DNA of 35,926 nt, taken from assembly GCF_001194135.2 (NCBI RefSeq), contig NC_068987.1, positions 25,768,222 to 25,804,147 of the forward strand. The letters run 5' to 3'. Positions 1 to 9,162 of this stretch are shown here, piece after piece; within the stretch, counting starts at the first letter, position 1, and every line of letters begins with the position of its first letter. The stretch comes from Octopus bimaculoides (taxonomy: Eukaryota). Position numbers and translations under genes: made by a program. A model generated the notes under the pieces. That model saw only the letters and a program-made list of their open reading frames with translations. It had not been told where the DNA came from and searched no databases.

Positions 1-279
1 CTCGTAACACGAAAAGTAGTGCATCCAGCACTATTTCCACTCCTAATGGGTAGAAACGAACGTTCTGCGAGCGACAGTGACTTTATTGGTGATGCTACAA
101 CGATGGTGTTGGTGATGATACTTGTGCTGGGTGGTAGTGATGATTATCGTCGTCGTGGTGGTGGTGGTGGTGGGGGGGGGGACGGCTGGCGTTTGAAAGA
201 TCATATTATGACCTGTTAGATAAATCTCCCACGCTCTCTACACTGTCTAATCGTAGCCGTGTAGTTTAGTTATTAGCCC

Positions 280-415
280 CACCGTCACCATTACTTTCCG
301 TCACCGCCACCACTGCCTCCACTACCATCATTACCATCATCATTAAAAGCAATACTTTCCGTCATCACCATCACTGCCTCTGCCACCACCACCACCACCA
401 CCACCACTACCATCA
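280..415. repeat. CAC/CAT trinucleotide low-complexity tract
   Basis: Degenerate (CAC)n/(CAT)n. Confidence 0.85.
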
Positions 416-420
416 AACCA

Positions 421-570
421 ACGAGAGGGTCTTTACGTAGTCACTTAGCATGCTAGAAATAGCAACCAAATTCCCATACACGCAAACCAATTGTCTTAAG
501 ACATCAACATGTCAGAAAATACGGTCCTGGGTTCCCTAAATAGACGTGATCGTCACGACTGGAATGTTAA
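421..570 (+). mobile_element. Dispersed repeat family D copy (probable non-LTR-derived)
   Basis: Motifs GCTAGAAATAGCARCCAAAT and GTCACGRCTGGAATG recur, decayed, at about 9905-10010, 10110-10185, 16105-16230, 20495-20612, 22503-22700, 25800-25950, 29450-29530 (+) and 29030-29175 (-). Confidence 0.65.
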
Positions 571-863
571 GTTTGCATAATCAGGGGTTAAGTAACATCA
601 GTGGCACTGCAACCACCGCCATCACCATCACCACTACCAATATTCTTCCATCTGTGTCCCACAGTCTTTTCGCGAAACTGGGTGAGATTAGTTTCAAGTA
701 TCAAATTTTGTTTAGTTTCGTTCAGACAGACTAGGAAAGAGGGTGATTGCAGCGACATCTAGAGAGAGGCAAGGCAGAGAAATGTAGAAGATGAGAAAGT
801 AGTTTAGAATGAGCGTGAGTGAGAGTTAAGAAGCCAAGGAAGACAGAGAAAGAGAGTGAAAGG

Positions 864-867
864 GAGA

Positions 868-935
<68 letters not shown>
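864..935. repeat. (AGAT)/(AG)n microsatellite
   Basis: Direct reading. Confidence 0.97.
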
Positions 936-1578
936 NNNNNNNNNNNNNNNNNNNNNNNNNNNNNNNNNNNNNNNNNNNNNNNNNNNNNNNNNNNNNNNNN
1001 NNNNNNNNNNNNNNNNNNNNNNNNNNNNNNNNNNNNNNNNNNNNNNNNNNNNNNNNNNNNNNNNNNNNNNNNNNNNNNNNNNNNNNNNNNNNNNNNNNNN
1101 NNNNNNNNNNNNNNNNNNNNNNNNNNNNNNNNNNNNNNNNNNNNNNNNNNNNNNNNNNNNNNNNNNNNNNNNNNNNNNNNNNNNNNNNNNNNNNNNNNNN
1201 NNNNNNNNNNNNNNNNNNNNNNNNNNNNNNNNNNNNNNNNNNNNNNNNNNNNNNNNNNNNNNNNNNNNNNNNNNNNNNNNNNNNNNNNNNNNNNNNNNNN
1301 NNNNNNNNNNNNNNNNNNNNNNNNNNNNNNNNNNNNNNNNNNNNNNNNNNNNNNNNNNNNNNNNNNNNNNNNNNNNNNNNNNNNNNNNNNNNNNNNNNNN
1401 NNNNNNNNNNNNNNNNNNNNNNNNNNNNNNNNNNNNNNNNNNNNNNNNNNNNNNNNNNNNNNNNNNNNNNNNNNNNNNNNNNNNNNNNNNNNNNNNNNNN
1501 NNNNNNNNNNNNNNNNNNNNNNNNNNNNNNNNNNNNNNNNNNNNNNNNNNNNNNNNNNNNNNNNNNNNNNNNNNNNNN
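936..1578. other. Assembly gap (N run) between (AG)n and (TG)n microsatellites
   Basis: Continuous N; flanked by AG repeat 864-935 and TG repeat 1579-1593. Confidence 0.99.
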
Positions 1579-1813
1579 TGTGTGTGTGTGTGTTCATGCA
1601 CATCTTTTGTCGATATATATTGAAGACGCATTTAAAGAAAACCGAAATATAAACTGCTGCTTTTTGAACACGGTCTCAAGATATATTTGTTCTGCACCCA
1701 GTCATACCTGCTCCTTTGAAATGCATTGAACGATAACGTCATTCAATACAGACTTACCAACAATGTATTTATCCGTTGTAAATCTGCAACGAAGGACACC
1801 ACTGTTCACAAAT

Positions 1814-2129
1814 CTCTTTTTTCGCCCTTTCAAAGCCTAGGCCAGGCTCATGGGCCCGGTTTCACGGTTTCTATGGCGTATGTGTTCCTCCCAGCTGGAC
1901 GGGACGCCAGTCCATCGCAGCGTCACTCAAGAAACAGGAAGAAAAAGTAAGAGAAAGTTGGGACGAAAGAGTACAACAGGGGTCGCCACCACTACCCCCT
2001 GCCGGAGCCTCGTGGAGCTTTTAGGTGTTTTCGTTCAATAAACACACACAACGCCCGGTCTGGGAATCGAAATCGCGATCCTCCGACCGCGAGTCCGCTG
2101 CCCTAACCACTGGGCCATTGCGCCTCCAC
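1814..2129 (-). mobile_element. tRNA-derived SINE family A, alternative-tail variant
   Basis: Head GTGGAGGCGCAATGGCCCAGTGGTTAGG with A box TGGCCCAGTGG and B box GATTTCGATTCCC; 13-bp TSD ACTGTTCACAAAT (1801-1813) / ACTATTCACAAAT (2130-2142). Confidence 0.93.
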
Positions 2130-2188
2130 ACTATTCACAAATAGCAATATAAATGAAACAATCTTGAAGGACGACTTACCCAGACTAG

Positions 2189-2434
2189 GGATCTATTTTA
2201 AAACGGGGGCANNNNNNNNNNCTCTATTCAGCTGAATAGACGTCAGTGATTGGTTGAAATTACAGGAATACGACAACTTTAACATGGAATAACTTGCGAT
2301 GTACATTTTTTTGTTAAGAAGGCTAAGAGTAAAAGATGTTTTATATGACACATTCTACCAGTGTCCCAAGTTTCAAAGTGTTTCGTTAGTGTTTCGTTAA
2401 GAAAATACTGGTGCCCCCGTTTTGAAATAGATCC
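2189..2434. mobile_element. MITE with 23-bp TIR and 8-bp TSD (GG-terminal, Merlin-like)
   Basis: GGATCTATTTTAAAACGGGGGCA (2189-2211) versus reverse complement of 2412-2434, one mismatch; CAGACTAG at 2181-2188 and 2435-2442. Confidence 0.9.
2212..2221. other. 10-N assembly gap inside a MITE
   Basis: 10 N directly after the left TIR. Confidence 0.99.
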
Positions 2435-2920
2435 CAGACTAGTGCAACTGTTCCGCACATGATGTTCTACACAATTGACGAAACATGATTGCCTAACCTA
2501 GGTTTTAATCACATTGGTCTTACACTAGCTGAAATATCCCATTTGCATACGCCACGACTCAACAACTCCAGATGATCGCAGTAGTTTGCTAACTGCTGTA
2601 GTTGATCCTGGCAGTTGATAGTTTGTCTTTTCATCCGCACAGCGTCTAGTGATATCATCATTGACTTAATAAGTTCATCTGCCGAAACAGTTCACATCTA
2701 CCATGCTGCATCTCATGATTTTCAACATACTCTGGATCGAGTGTTTACATACATGCTATTTAACCCATCGCAATAGTAGTACCTGACAGGTGCTATTACT
2801 CCGGATCAGAGTAGGCCTGGGACCAATAGTGGATAAGTGGTTACATTCTCCTCAAAACCATGGAATTCTCACTACTAGATGTAACTTAAGGTCATATTCA
2901 GGAATATAAATAGATAAATA

Positions 2921-3336
2921 GGCGCAGGAGTGGCTGTGTGGTAAGTAGCTTGCTTACCAACCACATGGTTCTGGATTCATTCCTACTGCGTGGCACCTTG
3001 GGCAAGTGTCTTCTACTATAGTCTCGAGCCGACCAAAGCCTTGTGAGTGGATTTGGTAGACGGAAACTGAAAGAAGCTCGTCGTATATATGTATATATAT
3101 ATATGTGTGTGTGTATGTTTGTGTGTCTGTGTTTGTCCCCCTAGCATTGCTTGACAACCGATGCTGGTGTGTTTACGTCCCCGTAACTTAGTGGTTCGGG
3201 AAAAGAGACTGATAGAATAAGTACTAAGCTTCCAAAGAATAAGTCCTGGGGTCGATTTGCTCGACTAAAGGCGGTGCTCCAGCATGGCCACAGTCAAATG
3301 ACTGAAACAAGTAAAAGAGTAAAAAGAGTAAAGAGT
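2921..3336 (+). mobile_element. tRNA-derived SINE family B, full length
   Basis: Head GGCGCAGGAGTGGCTGTGTGGTAAG, central CACCTTGGGCAAGTGTCTT (CORE-like), internal TA/TG microsatellite, GTCGA-N5-TCGAC hairpin, (GTAAAAGA)n-type tail. Confidence 0.9.
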
Positions 3337-3655
3337 ATAAATAACGGCAGTTGAAGGAAAAGAAGTGCCAGTACTCAGAGTCTGTGGTTGTCTTTTTTCC
3401 TACTCTCCAGACTGGTCAATCTTCGCAGTTGAGACTTTTGGGGGTTTCCAGATAATTGTACTCTTAGGATGTACGAATCGAGCGAAGTGCTAAGTGCGGG
3501 GTCTACAAAGTGAAATGAAGTGACGGTGGTGTTAAGAAGACCATGTGTCGGGTGTTTTATGAGCAGGGAGTATATGCAGCTAGCTAGAGTGGTTGATGAG
3601 ACGATTCCACTGTTGCATGCGGTTTACCTGCTCATTTACACTTTAGCGTGCAGTT

Positions 3656-3834
3656 TAACCCTAACTGTAAACCCTAAATCTAAACCTAAACCCTAAACCT
3701 AATCCTAAACTCTAAATGCCATATGCTATAACCCTAACCCTAACCCTAACCCCTAACCTTAATCACTAACCCTAAACCCTACCCCTAAATATTATCCCTA
3801 ACTTCAAACCCTAAACCCTAATCCTAACCCCTAA
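3656..3834 (+). repeat. Degenerate telomere-like (CCCTAA/CCCTAAA)n interstitial array
   Basis: Multiple CCCTAA, CCCTAAA and CCCCTAA units; near-perfect TAACCC run at about 3729-3752. Confidence 0.85.
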
Positions 3835-4593
3835 GCCGTATCAGATCATTTCACAGTGTAGACTACAGATACTGCAGTAGACTGCACGCTGATGAAGCAC
3901 CTATGAGACAATGAGCGTGATCATTCAAAACCTATCTAGGAATCGTTATACAGTTAGGGAGGGGGGAATAAAGCTATATAAATTAATGAGTTGTTTCCCA
4001 TAGTTTTTTTTTGTGAGTATGGGAGACAACTCAAGACATATTTTGGTGTAACTCAGACCTTTTCAGTGTAGCATAGGTCTCTTGATATTCTCTGAATCAC
4101 TGAGTCAATTTTGGAAATAGAACTGTTTAGTGATTACGTACGTAGTTTGAATTTAGTTGATAAGCAGAAGCTGGATTTAGAGTAACATTTGTTTTTATAA
4201 GATTAAGTAAATATACGAAAGCACATATACACATACATACACGCTTGTGCCAATACATATGTACATAAATAGAAACATAAGTATCTACACACACACACGC
4301 ACACACACGTAAGTACACCAATTCATACCTGCATCCGTACATCTATAGGTACGTTCCCTGCACAAACACATCCATACCTGCGTACATACGTACTCCCAAT
4401 ATGTAAAACAGATAAAGAGAGGAATAAGCAGAAAGAAACGGGTGGGGTGAAGGTCTGGAATGGATAGAGGGTAAGGGAGTGGGGAGAGATAGTAACACTT
4501 GGACGAAGGAAATACGGCCAAATGGCTTGAGTGTGAGTCAAGAGGTCAAATTAGGGAGAAGGAACGAGAAATGTAATGTAATATATGTATTAT

Positions 4594-4976
4594 GTGGAGG
4601 CGCAATGGCCCAGTGGTTAGGGCAGCGGACTCGCGGTCATAGGATCGTGGTTTCGATTCCCAGACCGGGCGTTGTGAGTGTTTATTGAGCGAAGACACCT
4701 AAAGTGCCACGAGGCTCCAACAGGGGATGGCGGCGAACCCTGCTGTACTCTTTCACCACAACTTTCTCTCACTCTTACTTCCTGTTTCTGTTGTGCCTGT
4801 AATTCAAAGGGGCCAGCCTTGTCACACTGTGTCACGCTGAATATCTCCGAGAACTACGTTAAGGGTACACGTGTCTGTGGAGTGCTCAGCCACTTGCACG
4901 TTAATTTCACGAGCAGGCTGTTCCGTTGATCGGATCAACTGGAACCCTGGACGTCGTAAGCGACGGAGTGCCAACA
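4594..4976 (+). mobile_element. tRNA-derived SINE family A, full length
   Basis: Same head and body as 1930-2129; tail ending GACGGAGTGCCAAC shared with the 14783 and 16353 copies. Confidence 0.95.
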
Positions 4977-4994
4977 TGTGTTACGCGGTGGCAG

Positions 4995-5143
4995 CACTAG
5001 CGTAGCTAGAGGGACGGAGAGGCGGTCCGCCCCGGGCGGCACTTTTGGGTCTGCTGTAGGCAATATGTGTTTTTCATGGGATCCACGGGGCGGCAGACGG
5101 AAGGCTCACCCCGGGCGGTATACACGCTAGGTATACGCTCGTG
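4995..5143. mobile_element. GC-rich hAT-type MITE (149 bp)
   Basis: Perfect 8-bp TSD GGTGGCAG (4987-4994, 5144-5151); imperfect TIR CACTAGCGTAGCTAG versus CACGAGCGTATACCTAG. Confidence 0.85.
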
Positions 5144-5680
5144 GGTGGCAGAGCTAAGGAACAATGTGTATGAATACAGGTTATTACCAGATTCGAACCC
5201 GTAAGAAAGCTGTTGCACCAAGCATATATAAACTGGTAATAACCTTTCTGTGTGTGTACGGAGACGTGGTCACGGCTGGAACAGTTTTCATTGTAGATCC
5301 GCCGGATCATGTTTGACATGGAGTTATATAACACCTACAATATCAACAACAACAACAACAATAAAACCAACAAAAGTAGACATGCAGACGGATGGTACCA
5401 TGTACTTTGATGGTAGAACAGATTTCGAAAGTATAGTTGTTTTGGTAGTGGAAATTAATAACAGACGTAGCGTGACGATGATAGGTGTGGCGGTAGTGGC
5501 GGTGGGGTTGGGGAGGGGTGGAAATTGGTACATACGGTAAAGATGATATTGGTTGGTTGTTGTGATAATGACTGGTATAGTGGTAAAGGATGTTGGTTCT
5601 GGTGGTGGTGGCGGCGATGATGGGGGATGTATATTGGTGTTAATAGGAGTGCTAGTTTTGAGTTGCGACCAAGTTGTGCC

Positions 5681-5812
5681 GGTGGTGGTGGTGGTGGTGG
5701 TGGTAATTGTAGATAATAGCAGAATTATTGGTGGTAGTTGTTGTTTGGTGGTGGTGAGAATTAGAACTGTGCCAGTTGCCAGTGATCATTGTTGCGGTAG
5801 TTGTGGTGAGAT

Positions 5813-5846
<34 letters not shown>

Positions 5847-5865
5847 TGTTGTTGTTGTTGTTGGT
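5681..5865. repeat. (GGT)n, (AGT)n and (GTT)n compound microsatellite region
   Basis: Direct reading; accounts for ORF 5553-5960. Confidence 0.9.
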
Positions 5866-7709
5866 TGCTGAAAGAGACGAACGAGAAAGAGGTGGGAGGG
5901 AGTTTCACACCGACTTCAGCAACACCCGTCTCCCAACCGTTCTGCCGTCACCATATATGACAAGCTAACAAGTGATCAACCGGGATGGTGTACCACACTT
6001 AAATCAGTCGCTGTTGCTTCGTTACTGTGACGTTAGTTCCTGTGAATTTCTGAGACAGAGGAGGAATAGACAAAGAGAGAGGCAGGGCGAGAGAGAGAGA
6101 GGCAGGGAGAGAGGCAGGGCGAGAGAGAAAAAAAGAGAAAATAGCAACAACTTTCTATTTTTCGAGAGCTGCATTTATTTCTATCCCTATCGTTGTAGAG
6201 GGCCCCCACCCGCCATTTGAACAAGCACAAAACCTCTACTACCCTCTAAACAACCACCACCTATCCGGCACTCAACCATCCAACTAGACATCAACGCTTG
6301 CAACCCCACCCCCTCGCCACTCATACAGCGTCTCGTTTCTAAAAAGTTGGCAACAAGACTTTTCTTTCATTCATTATTAAAAGGAAGTGGACTTCGATCT
6401 AATTGGGCTGCCTTTTTAAGGCGTTTTTGTAGGGTGTAAAGGACAATTTTGAAACACCAACTCCATTTCTTCACACAAATTTTTCCACTGCCACTATTAC
6501 TACGACTGCTATCATTCTGCCTGGGAAAAGAAAGAAAGAAAAAAAAAATAGGAAAAGGAAAACGAGACGTTTAATCCAACCAACTTACACACCCCTTATA
6601 GCCTTGTGAAGTTAGCTAGTCTCGTCTGCCAGCCTGCTAGACAGACAGACAGACAGGCAGACGGTGAGATCCCCTTCCCATAAACATCAAACCAGCTGGT
6701 TCTGTAGCAAAAGTATCGCTTATCTTTCCCCGCTGGACTTACTTTTCTCTGCCTTAAACCTGCACCTGTCTTGGAGTAACGTTTCAGAAGATTTTCAAGG
6801 ATTTATTATTAATATTATTTTATTCAATTTCTTTTTTTGAAAAAAAAACAAAACAACAAAAAAACGAAGAAATGACGTGTTGTTGTTGTTGCTGCGAATC
6901 GAAAAGCCCTGGAGGTCAGTATTTATCGCACCCATATATATTATACATATGCACGCACTATTAGTAGTATTAGTGCAGGGTACTATAACTGTATTTGTTG
7001 GGAGTTTTTATTTTTTTAATTTTCACAAGATACTGCAACAGATTCTTGTATTCTGTTTTATTGCATATATGTAAGCTTTTGTGTATGTTTGTATGTATCA
7101 GATATTAAGATTATACATGTATTTTCATATTTAAATGTTCTAATCAGTTATAATTACTATTTTATTTTGATTATGATTCCAGGAGTTACGCTTATTTTAT
7201 ATATATATGTATATATAAAGTGCCAACTCTTCGTTGTTAGTATTTAAACATACACGTGACTTGTATTGATATGTGTGTGTTATAATAGTGAGAAATTCAA
7301 TACAGTGTATGTTGTATTGGTACAATTGTCGTTTTTGTTTTGTCTTTCGTAGCAAAATATGATTCTCACAAGTACAAGGCACATAAACACGGTAGGGCTG
7401 AGGAGGAGGTTTATATAACCTTTTAATCGGTGTCACTACTAAAATGACGAGTACACATTCAATTTATTTTGTGTAGTTTAAACAGTGGAGAAAAGGTAAC
7501 GCCTGTGAGGTCCTTGCAGACTAATGTGGGAAAGGGTTCAATGTCTTCCTTAAACTGAAGACTTAATCCGAATAGTTGCAACAGAATAGACTCCACTAAA
7601 TACACCTAGGGATGCTAAGGTATTAAACCAGATGAACGATTCGGTCTCTCACCCCAAATCAGGAAAGGCTGTCCAATCCCTCTGATTAATTTCTCTTTAG
7701 CTTTTTGTT

Positions 7710-7956
7710 TCCCGAATTTCAGACATAACTTATCGAGGTTAAAAGTATAATGGGCTAAGTCGACCATGACGAAATTCGAACTCAGAACATTAACAGAATA
7801 CAAGTAAATATTTTTTCGAAAAATCCGACCAAAATATTTGTTCTACTACTTTTTCTGAGTTCAATTCACACCATTGATCAATTAGGTCCCTTTCCACCTA
7901 CGCAGAGATCAATAACATAAGTACTTGTGAAGAACTGGGGTCGATGTAATCGACTT
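7710..7956. mobile_element. Two decayed SINE-C fragments (minus 7710-7830, plus 7880-7956)
   Basis: GAACTCAGAAC and GTCGAC on the minus strand; AAGTAC...CTGGGGTCGATGTAATCGACT on the plus strand. Confidence 0.6.
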
Positions 7957-7957
7957 C

Positions 7958-8000
7958 TCTGATAAAGGTACACGGCTACATGCCGTGTACCTTTATCAGA
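7958..8000. repeat. Perfect inverted repeat, 19-bp arms and 5-nt loop
   Basis: TCTGATAAAGGTACACGGC-TACAT-GCCGTGTACCTTTATCAGA. Confidence 0.95.
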
Positions 8001-8651
8001 AATCCTTTCTTTTTATTTATTTATTACAATATATGATAGCCATATCTTTACAGTACACTAGGCTTAAACAAAATATTGTTGTCTCTAACATTCAATATTC
8101 TCAGTTTGTATGTATCTTACGAAATCCAGACGTGAAGCCACCCTAAAAATAAATTGTAGCATTAAATATTCTCTGTTTGCAGTACTTTTTAGGAGTTGCT
8201 TTTAAGCTTGATTTTAATCTAAAAATTCATTTACTTGGCTAGATTATCCCCTCTCTCTCTCTCTCGCCCTCCCTTTTTGATAACTAGAAAATTAAACCCA
8301 TTCTAAGGATTTCCTACAAAAACGGATAAATTAAATTCACACAACACACACGCGTGAATGCTTTCTAAGCACCGAAAGGCACTTCAGAACTTAACACCCG
8401 TTGTATAGAATGAAGATAAGAAAACAGTATTGCACCATTCAGTTGAACGAAAGATAATCCGCTACCTATTTCAGACTGTTCTATGTATGAAGACAATTGC
8501 TATGGTCCCATAAATGTAACGAGATATTTGCAACCAATTTAATCTGGTAAACTCAAATAACAGGTAGTTCAAACCACATTCACTTGTCAACTTGTATTCT
8601 CGCACGCCACTACATATTTATGTATGCACTGACAATGTTACACGCTTAAAT

Positions 8652-8981
8652 CAGTGCTCTGCAACCAATATTCCGCAGCACACTGGTACGCCACGAGACG
8701 ATGCTGAATATAATTTTTTTGGCACTACTTAAATCCAGAGGTCCCGATGCATCTACGTAACGATATGAAAGAGACTGTTAGTTTTTAGGGTTAGTTTTAG
8801 GGCTTGGGTGTCATTACACGTCCACACAGCGTACATTGAAAATGTTTTGTACGTAATAGCTGTATTTAAGTATTACCATTTTTTCCCCCTGTACTTTTAG
8901 CTATATTTTTAGTTCAGGTGCGCCGCCGAAATTTGAAAAGAATGTACGTGCCGCAAGTGAAAAAAGGATTGCGGAACACTG
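8652..8981. mobile_element. hAT/Charlie-type MITE
   Basis: TIR CAGTGCTCTGCAA versus CAGTGTTCCGCAA; flanks GCTTAAAT / GTTTAAAG (6 of 8, central TA); subterminal GTGCCGC motifs. Confidence 0.75.
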
Positions 8982-9043
8982 GTTTAAAGACGCGTATACA
9001 CATATCATCATGCACATACACAGAACATTTATACATTTATACC

Positions 9044-9162
9044 AGGCATGACTGTATGGTTGAGAAGTTCTCACTGCTCGGCACTTGAAAAAGGTCTTCT
9101 ATAAGTTCGGGTTGACCAAAGCCTTGTTAGTAAAATTATGTTAACAGAAATTACAGAAGCCC
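9044..9162 (+). mobile_element. Decayed SINE-B 5' part
   Basis: GGCATGACTGTATGGT...GACCAAAGCCTTGT...AGAAGCCC. Confidence 0.6.

Noticed and set aside
731-1631. Long ORFs of 275-290 aa
   Set aside because: They consist of N gap and (AG)n/(TG)n translation.
4594-4670. tRNA gene-like sequence (also 2050-2129, 14783, 16353, 19517, 21776)
   Set aside because: A and B boxes are present, but there is no closed acceptor stem, and each continues into a SINE body with a tail and often a TSD.
7486-7495. Microexon candidates (also AG-CG-GTAAGT at 10786-10787 and TACAA near 27202)
   Set aside because: Short splice-like motifs are expected by chance in AT-rich DNA; no frame or homology support.
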